Positions 47,201-55,212 of a DNA stretch of 60,826 nucleotides are shown in pieces (within the stretch, counting starts at the first letter, position 1; the number at the start of each line of letters is the position of its first letter). The notes under the pieces were generated by a model. It searched no databases, was not told the origin of the DNA, and worked only from the letters and a program-made list of their open reading frames with translations. This DNA comes from a virus (Duplodnaviria > Caudoviricetes): the IMG/VR virus record IMGVR_UViG_3300032301_000738, positions 1-60,826 of that record. The stretch is one strand, 5' to 3'. The translations under genes were made by a program, and so were the position numbers.

Positions 47201-47653
47201 CCTTTACGTGAAGCGCCCACTGCGTCCGACGTGCTGCTTCGCAACGTGACCGGCGACCGGACGGCCCGTGCGCCGTCCGTCATGCGTTACGTCGAGAACG
47301 CACCGTTCGTGGCGCGGCCCTTGAGCCTTATGCGTCAGTTGACTGACACGCGCGGAGACAGGCCGCTGTCAAGCCGGCTGCTCAACTCCGGCGTCAACAC
47401 GTTCACTGGCGTCAAACTGCGCGACGTGGCGCAGGAGGACGTGCTGGCCGACGCCGAACGCAACATCAACGACTCGATCTCGCCCTACACGCGCGAGTTC
47501 AGCCAGACCTACATCCCCGAAGACGAACTGCTCAACGTGCCTGAGTACGCGATCCGCCGGCTTGCCGTAGCGCGTCAACTCAACAAGCAGCGACGCGACC
47601 TGCGCAAGCAGGCGACGGCGCACGTCGTCACCACGCCGTCAGTTTCCGACTAG
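44276..47653 (+). CDS. large internal virion/ejection protein (DNA-transfer-like)
   Basis: 1125 aa; GLVTDALTSPSTYL, DYSTLTPFEKNVLKSIFPWYSF. Confidence 0.75.
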   Translation: MALLDRSPLLRIRRPAAEAAAAVPVSPLEQQSVLEQIGSVAGGTLSRLGSALSAPDDYIRGALVGRPGERVDGWDLLRSAGIIGDDPGWGGWGLGLVTDALTSPSTYLLGPAASYTKAGLAAKAMGSLDNAATVATRKALDAGLDNVTLPNVAKRTRAQLEATGRTLSPSDPSTVGRPLYGPRTARRNVTLDDMIQYADDPIAAEKKARDFLGADFDAARGDTLSKSFGIGAPLGEPLAVGDLLGKEFGDKYADVLDTVGQAVRWSGPGRWAASAFDNRVGQAIDPEQQIVNAAKFEAGRKLRTTAAGEHAFQLAKLQQAQPEVFSQEGNQRLGRYLEGQATPEDAAYFASRPQLQEYGDWWKVARDVYNRESMNVGLKRGMDADLYGNEYLPRYADPALGMDRFAGDMMARGATMQLPGGRDTIMRLSQDPFIAGKARKAKTDQEAARYILAQVNRLVGPDQPKVAFEQARDLAAILSRLPDEVVKKAPLFGQHPTQLIGDYVERRANRIGQTGVLYDSLASMAVGTTRNRVAGGQHISLSEALDKLNLQTHYEDTLNDAFEVVTDKGRRVTRSDVPEFGARQQMRERLAAMMGVKPDDIELSQFSVPREHVERLQRGAEAFSTDEASGSLLRLLDHYTAAWRGSILAWPARAVRDLYSGAVQNWMAGASDGGAVLAASRLMRYGPQDEGFLSALRQIPRYNTDDGVAQFYADLASTELISGGVISDIAGASVGERALDRLPGARPVNLSTMAAEFAPQDRTWSEFGRDFMTWRSRLKPLNETANPLLRAGDQMNSLTDGINRISGFLALMKKGMDPEAAGKAIKAVQVDYSTLTPFEKNVLKSIFPWYSFQSRMFRTILQQLVERPGGRYGQLIRGTEALQSEGNEDTYVPSGLRTQFAFPLPEFLGGKPSEQTQKYLTDIDFPGFDQINLLDVQDTVGGSVSGTMRQLGMQTHPFIRNTAELVFDEDLFSRRPLREAPTASDVLLRNVTGDRTARAPSVMRYVENAPFVARPLSLMRQLTDTRGDRPLSSRLLNSGVNTFTGVKLRDVAQEDVLADAERNINDSISPYTREFSQTYIPEDELLNVPEYAIRRLAVARQLNKQRRDLRKQATAHVVTTPSVSD

Positions 47654-48457
47654 GCACGGGGCCTGCGGCATGTCGCGCCGCACCTGCGCCCAGTCGATGT
47701 AGTTCCTTTCGGCGAGGCCCACCGTTTTGTGGCCCAGATGGATGCGTCCCTTTCCGGGCTGCGCCATCTCGATGTGCGTGGCTCCGGAGCGCCGCAGCCA
47801 TTTGCTGCTGCCGCTGAGTCCGCACAACTTGAGGTGCCTCTTCATCACTCGCCTTGCCCCACTTGGCAGCATTGCCCAGCCCAACACCGTGCCGTTAGGA
47901 GATAGGCGCAACATCTCGTCCACTACGTCTTGGCACGCCTGCGACAGGGCGCGAACGTGAGGCTGTCCCGTCTTGTGCTGCGTCCACTGCACAGCGCCGT
48001 TGTGGAAGTGCTTTGCTTGCAGCGACCACAGGTCCGACTGGCGCGCACCTGTCTCGTATCCCAGCAGCAGCCAGCACTTCAGGAACAGCGCTTTTGGCGC
48101 GCCATTGCGCGTCGTCTTGGCGCCCCATGCGCGCGTCAATTTGACGGCCTCTGTGCATTGCGCTAGAGTCCATGCCCGCACAGGAGGCGGAGCGCGCCGG
48201 ACCTTGACAAGTCCGCGAGGCATGGAGTCAACTAGCGCCCTATCGAATGCCCAGCGCCAGAGCGTCATCACGATCGCTCGTTCCGGCGCCGCTGTCATGG
48301 AGGACACTTCTTCGATTCGCTTGCGCAAGAAGGCGTTGCAGGACTCGACGGTGAGCCTCCTGCACCCACGCGCGACAAACCGAACGCGGCCGGCGTAGCC
48401 GCGAGTCACAACCCTCTCCGAGAGGTACTTGCTCGCTATGGAATCCAGTGATTGCAT
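47639..48457 (-). CDS. tyrosine recombinase (integrase/invertase family)
   Basis: YETGARQSDL (R), QHKTG (K), KWLRRSGAT (R, with His replaced), HLGH, NYID (Y); GGAG SD before ATG 48457. Confidence 0.88.
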   Translation of the reverse strand: MQSLDSIASKYLSERVVTRGYAGRVRFVARGCRRLTVESCNAFLRKRIEEVSSMTAAPERAIVMTLWRWAFDRALVDSMPRGLVKVRRAPPPVRAWTLAQCTEAVKLTRAWGAKTTRNGAPKALFLKCWLLLGYETGARQSDLWSLQAKHFHNGAVQWTQHKTGQPHVRALSQACQDVVDEMLRLSPNGTVLGWAMLPSGARRVMKRHLKLCGLSGSSKWLRRSGATHIEMAQPGKGRIHLGHKTVGLAERNYIDWAQVRRDMPQAPCLVGN

Positions 48458-48476
48458 GTCCAAAAACTCCACTCCA

Positions 48477-49436
48477 ATGAGTGGCATTTTGGGGGAGCCC
48501 CGCCAGAAGATTCATCCCCCCCAGACACTCGATACGACCGGCGCATTTTCACGCTCCGGCGCGGACGAGCACCATGTAGAGGCCGACCAGAGCCCCCAAA
48601 AAAATGCCACCGCCGATATTCGGCATGGCGAGTCCAATGCGGACTACCACGCCGACGAGGCGTATAGGTCGTGCAGTCGAGTCAAAACGCTCCTTGACTC
48701 ACCGCTCCTGTACCACCAGCGGTACATCGCCAAGTCCCTTCCGCCGTTCACCAGCAGCGCCATGGAACTGGGCACGTTGCTGCACTCGTGGATGGAACTG
48801 GGCGACACATTCCTAGAAACGCTGGTGGCCCCTCCACCAGAGATGCTAACAGACACCGGATTGGTGGGCAAAAAGGCCCAGACGTGGGCCAAAGACCACG
48901 TTCCGGAAGGCTCGACGCTGGTTTCCCCGAAGCAGCGGTCGCAGATTTTGGCCGCCGTCAACGCCGTGCTGGGCAATCCGGCGGCCGTCGAGGAACTGGA
49001 GCAGGTCACGGCGCACGAGGTGTCCGTCCGCTGGGTGTCGCACGATGGACACTTCCTCAAGTGCCGCTATGACGCCGGCACGCCGACGCACTGGATCGAT
49101 CTCAAGACGACGAGCGAAGAGGACATCGCAGCGTCGTTTTGGAGCAGTGTCCTCAAGTTCAAGTACCACTTGCAGGATGCTTGGTATCGCAGGGGGATGG
49201 AGGCGTGCGGCATGGAAGCCGCCCCCCTGCGGTTCATCGTCGTCTCCACGAGCCCCACGCACGACTGTCAGGTCGTGACGCTGCCCGCCGTTGTTGTGGC
49301 CGAAGGGCAGCGGCTCATGGACAACGCGCTCGCTGAGTTGCGTGTCCGCGAAGACCTCGACTGGTGGCTGCGCGACAGTCACGGCGAGGTGCATGAACTT
49401 CCGTTTCCGCCACACGTTCTAGGGAGGATGCAATGA
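48477..49436 (+). CDS. RecE/exonuclease VIII-like PD-(D/E)XK nuclease (start uncertain)
   Basis: NADYHA, S.SRVK, AMELGTLLH, KCRYD, IDLKTT, YHLQDAWY. Confidence 0.88.
   Translation: MSGILGEPRQKIHPPQTLDTTGAFSRSGADEHHVEADQSPQKNATADIRHGESNADYHADEAYRSCSRVKTLLDSPLLYHQRYIAKSLPPFTSSAMELGTLLHSWMELGDTFLETLVAPPPEMLTDTGLVGKKAQTWAKDHVPEGSTLVSPKQRSQILAAVNAVLGNPAAVEELEQVTAHEVSVRWVSHDGHFLKCRYDAGTPTHWIDLKTTSEEDIAASFWSSVLKFKYHLQDAWYRRGMEACGMEAAPLRFIVVSTSPTHDCQVVTLPAVVVAEGQRLMDNALAELRVREDLDWWLRDSHGEVHELPFPPHVLGRMQ
48481..48610. repeat. inverted repeat pair bounding a 110-bp segment
   Basis: GTGGCATTTTGGGGG (48481-48495) versus CCCCCAAAAAAATGCCAC (48593-48610). Confidence 0.7.
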
Positions 49437-50119
49437 ATCGGGTGATCGACATGTCGGTATGGAGCGCGACGAGCGGCGATGTTGACAAGTTGTCGGAAGC
49501 GATGGCGCTGGCGTTCGGCCAGTTGACCAACGTGGTCCGCAACAAGGTCAGTCACTTCGCCAAGAAGGGCAAGGACGGCCAGCCGATTCCGGACTACGCC
49601 GACCTCGCCTCGTGCTTCGAGTGCATTCGCAAGGCGTACAGCGCCAATGGCCTGTCTGTCGTGCAGACGTTCCACCCCTACGGTGAGGACGGCACGATCT
49701 ATCTGGTCACCACCGTCCGTCACAAGACGGGGCAGTTCGAGCGGTCGTACCTGCCGATGAAGGGCAATCTCGCCCCGCAGGAACTCGCCAAGTCGGCGAC
49801 GTACCTCAAGCGGATCGCGTTGTGCGCCATCGTCGGCATCGCTGCTGACGACGACGACGACGGCGAGCAGGCCAACAAGTCGCACCAGCAGGCGCAGGCT
49901 GCGGACTCGCAGCGTGTCGAGCGTGCCCTCGTGTCGAAGGTCCGGGCCTGCAAGACGGCGGAGGAGATCGCCTCCGTCATCGAGCAGGCCGAGCGTGGCG
50001 TGGCCGTCCAGCAACTGAGCCTTGAGTCGCTTGCGGCGATCAAGCGCGTGGGCGGCGAGCAGGCCACCAAGTTGGCAAAGGCAGAGGCAGCGAAGGGACA
50101 GCCAGCGCTCGCCTCGTGA
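49433..50119 (+). CDS. erf: ERF-family ssDNA annealing protein
   Basis: YADLAS, GLSVVQ, SATYLKRIALCAIVGIAADDDDDG. Confidence 0.88.
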   Translation: MNRVIDMSVWSATSGDVDKLSEAMALAFGQLTNVVRNKVSHFAKKGKDGQPIPDYADLASCFECIRKAYSANGLSVVQTFHPYGEDGTIYLVTTVRHKTGQFERSYLPMKGNLAPQELAKSATYLKRIALCAIVGIAADDDDDGEQANKSHQQAQAADSQRVERALVSKVRACKTAEEIASVIEQAERGVAVQQLSLESLAAIKRVGGEQATKLAKAEAAKGQPALAS

Positions 50120-50209
50120 CGTTCCAACCAGACGTGAGGTTCTCCTCCAGCGGCGCGCCGGACGCCGGTCACGTCATCCGGCACCAACACAAGGAAGGAC
50201 AGGGTTGCG

Positions 50210-50476
50210 ATGGACGCGCAAGAACTCGACTACGCCCGGATGGTGTCGCTCATGGCGGCGCAGGGAATCCTGCGGCACGCCGACGCCATCGAGTTTTGCA
50301 GCACCGTGCTGCCGTCTCTGCTGTCGGAACTGGAAATCCTCGAAGGCGTGGCTAACCGCCTGTCGCAGATGATCGCCGCCGCGATCTCGCCGCCGAAGGA
50401 GGAGGCCCCAGAGCCGCAGCCGGTCGAGAAGCCCAAGCGTCCACGCTCCCGCAGAAAGAAGGAGCAGGCCAAATGA
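50210..50476 (+). CDS. hypothetical protein
   Basis: 88 aa with a basic tail, coupled to the helicase. Confidence 0.6.
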   Translation: MDAQELDYARMVSLMAAQGILRHADAIEFCSTVLPSLLSELEILEGVANRLSQMIAAAISPPKEEAPEPQPVEKPKRPRSRRKKEQAK

Positions 50477-52023
50477 CCAGACAGCAACTGCGAGCGGTGC
50501 TGCGTGACTACCAGCGCAAGTCGGTGTACGAGGTGTGCCGTGCGGCGAAGGGCGGGGCCCGACGCATCACGGTGTGCCAGCCTGTGGGCAGCGGCAAGAC
50601 GGAGGTCATTGCCGAACTGTGCCGGCTGGCCCGCTACCCGCTGGTCGTCGTTCCCCAGATCGGGATCATGCGCCAAGCGCGCGACCGTCTGGAGGACCGT
50701 CTGGGCGAGGAGTGCGACATCGAGCAGGGCTCGTTTCGTGCCGGCACCACCTCGTCGTTCGACGGATGGTTCGACCGCCGCATCATCGTCGGCTCGCGCG
50801 ACAGCCTGCTGTCCAACAGCCGATTCACGGCATCCGTCTACGAGCGCATCACGCTGGTGGTCGTGGACGAGTGCCATGTCGGCATGACGCCACGCTTCGA
50901 GGCGATGCTGCAATGGTTCGAGCAGCGAGGCGCGACGATCGTCGGATTCAGTGCCACGCCCTACAAGGGCAAGGGCAAGGCGCTGCGCTTCTGGCCGCGA
51001 CCGCAGGTGGTCTACACGCTGATGCAGGGCATCGACGACGGCTATCTCGTCGGCCCCAAGTGCTTCCTGTCTGAGGCGCAGTCGTTCGACCTGACGAAGA
51101 GTGAGCAGATTGAGGGGCAGTGGAACAAGGCCCAGTTGGCTGCGGTCCTGACTGCCGAACACTTCGCCCAAGAGGTGGTGGGCCTGGCCCTACAGACGTA
51201 CGCAGGCCAGCCGTCGGTCGTGTATGCGTCGAACAAGAGGCAGGCCCGACTCCTGTGCGAGGTCTTCGAGCGATACGCCGTTCGCACGAGCCTCGTCCAT
51301 TCGAGCCAGAGCCCGGAGGAGCGTTTCGCCAACATGCAGGCGTTCGTCTCCGGCGACACGAAGATCATCGTGAACGTCGGCATTCTGGGCTACGGCTGGG
51401 ACTTTCCGGAACTCCGCAACATCTACATGGCCGCTCCGACTCGCAGCCTGAGTCGCTACGAGCAGCGGCTTGGTCGTGGCACGCGCCCGCTCAAGGGCAC
51501 CATTGACCCCGACATGTCTCGGGACGAGCGCCTTGCCGCCATCGCTGCATCTGGCAAGCCGCACTTCAACATCTACGACGTGACCGACAGCAGCCGGTCG
51601 CACCAGTTGCTCTCGGCCCTCGACGTGCTGGACGCAAAGTCTCGCAAGAACCTGACGAGGCGCGAGCGAATGCTGGCGTCTCTTGGCATGGCGGGCGTGG
51701 CCGCCACAGAGGCGATCAAGAAGGCCGACGAGCAGGAGTTGGCCGACTTGCAGGCCCGCATGGCCGAGATCACTGAGAAGCGCAAGCGTCTGGTCGTCGG
51801 CGTGACGTTCGACCACACGACCCGCGACCTGTTCTCGGAGCCTATGGAGAAGCGCCGCAGGGGCTGGCGCATGCTCTACGGACGCTACAAGGGCCAGAGG
51901 CTGGAATCCATCCCAGAGGGCTATCTGACGTGGGTCATGGGCCAGCAGAACAAGGAGACACCGTTCAAGCAGGCTGTGCGTCGTGAACTGACCCGCCGCC
52001 AGACTGCCGACAAGCCAACGTAA
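50473..52023 (+). CDS. superfamily 2 DEAD/DEAH helicase
   Basis: LRDYQ, GSGKT, DECH, SATP, GWDFP, QRLGRGTR; C-terminal YGRYKG...IPEGYLTW small domain. Confidence 0.93.
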   Translation: MTRQQLRAVLRDYQRKSVYEVCRAAKGGARRITVCQPVGSGKTEVIAELCRLARYPLVVVPQIGIMRQARDRLEDRLGEECDIEQGSFRAGTTSSFDGWFDRRIIVGSRDSLLSNSRFTASVYERITLVVVDECHVGMTPRFEAMLQWFEQRGATIVGFSATPYKGKGKALRFWPRPQVVYTLMQGIDDGYLVGPKCFLSEAQSFDLTKSEQIEGQWNKAQLAAVLTAEHFAQEVVGLALQTYAGQPSVVYASNKRQARLLCEVFERYAVRTSLVHSSQSPEERFANMQAFVSGDTKIIVNVGILGYGWDFPELRNIYMAAPTRSLSRYEQRLGRGTRPLKGTIDPDMSRDERLAAIAASGKPHFNIYDVTDSSRSHQLLSALDVLDAKSRKNLTRRERMLASLGMAGVAATEAIKKADEQELADLQARMAEITEKRKRLVVGVTFDHTTRDLFSEPMEKRRRGWRMLYGRYKGQRLESIPEGYLTWVMGQQNKETPFKQAVRRELTRRQTADKPT

Positions 52024-52029
52024 TTGGAT

Positions 52030-52270
52030 CGCGCTGCCTATCTACTCGTACCGAACAGCGTCAAAAACTCGGTCGAGCCTAAAGAAAGCCCGCCCTATGG
52101 CGGGAGCGGCGAGTCCGCACAAGTCGGTCCAAAGCGCACGAAATCCGGGCAACGGAGCCGTAGTTGATCGGCGAAACCCTACGTCCCGGTCGTAGTCCGA
52201 AGACAACGGAATAAGGCGCAGAGGGCTAACCCGCTTGGGCAGACGGGGCGCGTAGGCGTCTTCGGAAGGG
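52030..52270 (+). ncRNA. candidate structured non-coding element (ncRNA or single-strand origin)
   Basis: 260-bp gap in an otherwise coupled operon with six or more stems, including TCCGAAGAC/GTCTTCGGA. Confidence 0.4.
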
Positions 52271-52283
52271 ATGGGGTCTAGAC

Positions 52284-52601
52284 GTGAGCCGCGACCTAGT
52301 GATGCTGCGCTACACTGACGATGACGGGGAGCGTCTGGCTGCGGTGTGCCGGCCGAGCGAAGGCGTGGAAACGCTGCGGTCAATCATCAATGAGGAGGAC
52401 GACTACAACCTGCGGTTCAGCGACCACGAGGATCGTTCGGCCGTGATCCTCGACACGAGCGGCCCCGTGTTCGTGTTTGACGCCGACCATGCGATGACGC
52501 TGTCGGTGTGGTTTGGGCTCGCCGCAGAGTGGCTGCGGCAGCGAGAGGCGATGGACGAACTGGAGGACGGAGATGACGACGATGATAGCGAAAGCGATTA
52601 G
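52284..52601 (+). CDS. acidic hypothetical protein
   Basis: 105 aa. Confidence 0.65.
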   Translation: MSRDLVMLRYTDDDGERLAAVCRPSEGVETLRSIINEEDDYNLRFSDHEDRSAVILDTSGPVFVFDADHAMTLSVWFGLAAEWLRQREAMDELEDGDDDDDSESD

Positions 52602-52839
52602 CGCGTTTCTGAAGAGCGGAGAGGCGGCGACTGAACTGTGCAACGCCCTTCGTGCGCTCGTGCGGAAGCAGCCCGTGCGCATGCAGCGCATCGCAGATTG
52701 CGGCATTGAGGATCAGGTAATGACGCCGCTGCCGGTATATCGGTGGTCGGTGGAGTTCCGCACCAAAGAGGAACTGATGCGGTTCGACGCTGTGATAGGC
52801 GCGATCGTGCGCCTGCCCGATGGAGGCGAGCGTGAGTGA
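52573..52839 (+). CDS. hypothetical protein
   Basis: 88 aa, SD GGAGG. Confidence 0.6.
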   Translation: MTTMIAKAISAFLKSGEAATELCNALRALVRKQPVRMQRIADCGIEDQVMTPLPVYRWSVEFRTKEELMRFDAVIGAIVRLPDGGERE

Positions 52840-53530
52840 TGGCAATGAAGAACTTTCGTCCTTCGCGCGTGAATACCCGTACTGTGCGATGTGCTGGTCA
52901 AGGGACGGCCTGCACATCCACCACCTGCAACAAGGCGCAGGGCGGGTCCACGACAGGAGGGCGCTGCTCCGGTTGTGCCATTGGTGCCATGAGGGCCTGC
53001 ACTTCGGAGGAACGAACAACCTCACCAAAGGCATGTGCCTCACAGCCAAGCGAGAGTGCGACGACGCCAACTATGACCCGTCGTTCCTTGCCTCGCTCCG
53101 CCGCAAAGTCCATCTGGGATACGGCCTTGAACGTATTCCTCACCGCGTTCTCTGGTTCCGGGCCAAGCGAGGTATCCCGCAGGAGTTGACAAGGATGTCA
53201 ATCAACAGCAGGCGGAAGGGCAAGGTCGGCGAACTGGAAGCGCGCGACCACTGGAACAGGCTGCTGCCGAAGGCGCACTCACGCCGCTCGCAGCAGCACA
53301 GCGGCACCGAGAGTGCGTCCGACCTCATCAGTCCGGGCACGCCGAACCTGTGGATCGAGGTCAAGCGCGTCCAGCGGCTGAATCTCGACGCCGTGATGGA
53401 GAAGTCGCGCGAGCAGTGCGGCGAACTCGTGCCCGTGATCCTGCATCGGAAGAACGACGGCCAGTGGATGGTGACGTTTCCGCTCGAAGACATCCATAGG
53501 TTCACCGCGCAGGTGAACGGTGCGCTATGA
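52832..53530 (+). CDS. HNH-like domain fused to a Holliday-junction-resolvase-like PD-(D/E)XK domain
   Basis: CAMC..HIHH..LRLCHWCHEGLH, then NSRRKGKVGELE..DLI..IEVKR. Confidence 0.8.
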   Translation: MSDGNEELSSFAREYPYCAMCWSRDGLHIHHLQQGAGRVHDRRALLRLCHWCHEGLHFGGTNNLTKGMCLTAKRECDDANYDPSFLASLRRKVHLGYGLERIPHRVLWFRAKRGIPQELTRMSINSRRKGKVGELEARDHWNRLLPKAHSRRSQQHSGTESASDLISPGTPNLWIEVKRVQRLNLDAVMEKSREQCGELVPVILHRKNDGQWMVTFPLEDIHRFTAQVNGAL

Positions 53531-53853
53531 CACGCAAGTCCATCTACCAATCCACCAAACGATGGCTGCGCCGCAACTATCCGCTTCCGTTCGCGTGTCG
53601 CGTTCTCACGCGCGACCCGTCTCGCATGACAGGCATGCACGGCCAGTTCATCTGGCACGGCGAGCACGCAACGATATGGGTGCGCGCAGTCGCAAACGAG
53701 GAGCAAATGGCGGAGACGCTGATCGAGGAGTGGGTTCACGGAATGCGACACGCGGCTCCTCTCGAAGTGGACTACGAAGGCGAAGCACACGACGCAACAT
53801 TCTGGGCCCTCTACGGAGCAGTAGTGACCAGATGGCGAAAAGAACTCCTGTAA
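53527..53853 (+). CDS. zincin-like small protein (degenerate HExxH)
   Basis: ETLIEEWVH...HDATFWALYG. Confidence 0.55.
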   Translation: MTRKSIYQSTKRWLRRNYPLPFACRVLTRDPSRMTGMHGQFIWHGEHATIWVRAVANEEQMAETLIEEWVHGMRHAAPLEVDYEGEAHDATFWALYGAVVTRWRKELL

Positions 53854-54326
53854 GCGTCCGGCTCGAATGGTTCGAGATCAGTGCGGCTGCGCAGGTGGGC
53901 GTGAGCCGTAACGTCGAAGCCATACGTGCGGGATACAGGTCGCGCATGCGTGGAAAGGATTCCATGTGGGACCGGCACGTACTGGGCGCTCTGGGCGAGT
54001 GTGCGTTTGCGAAAGCAACCGGCCGCTATTGGTCGGGCAGCGTCAACACGTTCAAGAGCGGCGGCGATGTGGGCAACACCATCCAGATACGCACGCGCTC
54101 GAAGCACGACTATGACCTCATCGTTCGCGACGACGACCGGGACGACGACATCTACGTTCTTGTGACCGGCGGCCCGCAGGAGTTTCTGGTGCATGGCTGG
54201 ATGCTGTGCGCCGACGCCAAGTCCAAGCAGTTCGTGAGCGACTACGGGGGCTACGGAGAGGCGTACTTTGTGCCGCAGTCGGAGTTGCGGCCGGTCGAGG
54301 AACTGTTCTTAGGAGACGGGAAATGA
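53832..54326 (+). CDS. putative restriction-endonuclease-fold protein
   Basis: GALGECAFAK, GDV, IQIRT, YVLVTG, GW, YFVPQSEL. Confidence 0.6.
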   Translation: MAKRTPVSVRLEWFEISAAAQVGVSRNVEAIRAGYRSRMRGKDSMWDRHVLGALGECAFAKATGRYWSGSVNTFKSGGDVGNTIQIRTRSKHDYDLIVRDDDRDDDIYVLVTGGPQEFLVHGWMLCADAKSKQFVSDYGGYGEAYFVPQSELRPVEELFLGDGK

Positions 54327-54856
54327 TTGCCATGCTTTCGCCGTCGATGATGCAGTCGTACACGGGGCGCGTCATCGACCTGCGAGACTTTCGCACGGCA
54401 GACGTGGACATCCGGGACATCGCGCACGCGCTGTCCCTCGTCAATCGCTTCACGGGACACACCAAGTACCCGTACTCCGTCGCCCAGCACAGCGTCATGG
54501 TGAGCCGCATGGTGCAGCCCGAGCACGCCATGTGGGGGCTGCTCCACGATGCCAGCGAGGCGTATCTGGGAGACGTGGCGCGCCCGCTCAAGATGCTCCT
54601 GCCCGAGTACAAGGCGCTGGAGCAGCGCGTGCAAAGCGTGATCGCGATTGTGTTTGGCTTGGAGTGGCCGATGCCTGCGGCCGTGCATGCCGCCGACAAT
54701 CGCGCCCTGCTGGCGGAGAAGCGCGACCTAATTTCTGTGGATGTGGACTGGGGTATCAACTGCGAAGGAGATGTGAAGTGCGGACCAATCAACCCGCTGT
54801 CATGGAGCGAAGCGAAGGAACTGTTCGAGCAGCGTTACGAGGAGTTGAGGCAGTGA
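54323..54856 (+). CDS. HD-domain phosphohydrolase (YfbR/5'-deoxynucleotidase-like)
   Basis: DIAHALS, RFTGH, YSVAQHS, LLHDASEAYLGD. Confidence 0.9.
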   Translation: MIAMLSPSMMQSYTGRVIDLRDFRTADVDIRDIAHALSLVNRFTGHTKYPYSVAQHSVMVSRMVQPEHAMWGLLHDASEAYLGDVARPLKMLLPEYKALEQRVQSVIAIVFGLEWPMPAAVHAADNRALLAEKRDLISVDVDWGINCEGDVKCGPINPLSWSEAKELFEQRYEELRQ

Positions 54857-55212
54857 AAGAGGTAGAGGGGGCGAAGGTGCGGTTCTCGACGGGAGCGGTG
54901 CGTTCGTCGGACGCAGAGCAGACGAGGTACGACCTCATCAGTCCGATCGGATTGCGAGCCGTAGCGGCTGCGTGCGCAGAGGGCGCGGAGAAGTACGGCG
55001 ATTTCAACTGGGAACGAGGCATGCCGGCGCACGACCTGCTGAACCATGCCATTCGCCATATCTATGCGTTTCTTGGAGGCGATCGTACGGAAGACCATCT
55101 TGGTCACGCAGCGTGGGGGTGCCTCGCTGCGATCCATTCGCTTGAGGTGTGGCCGGACCTCAACGAAGGAACCCTTCGCTCCGGCTTTTACGAGGCACCA
55201 ATAGACAAATGA
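54853..55212 (+). CDS. dATP/dGTP diphosphohydrolase-domain protein (DUF5664-like)
   Basis: FSTGAVR, RYDLISP, GAEKYGDFNWERG, HLGHAAW. Confidence 0.85.
   Translation: MKEVEGAKVRFSTGAVRSSDAEQTRYDLISPIGLRAVAAACAEGAEKYGDFNWERGMPAHDLLNHAIRHIYAFLGGDRTEDHLGHAAWGCLAAIHSLEVWPDLNEGTLRSGFYEAPIDK

Noticed and set aside
48593-48606. CCCCCAAAAAAATG as a programmed frameshift giving RecE its start
   Set aside because: The ATG at 48604 lies downstream of the run and out of frame, so slippage cannot connect it; the run is better explained as part of the inverted repeat
52024-52283. Group I intron (GTAGTCCGA resembles the S element)
   Set aside because: No complementary GACTA P7 partner, and the flanking genes are complete rather than interrupted
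54323-55212. 2-aminoadenine (Z) genome pathway
   Set aside because: No purZ/adenylosuccinate synthetase homologue or DNA polymerase in the window; restriction-site avoidance argues for ordinary DNA
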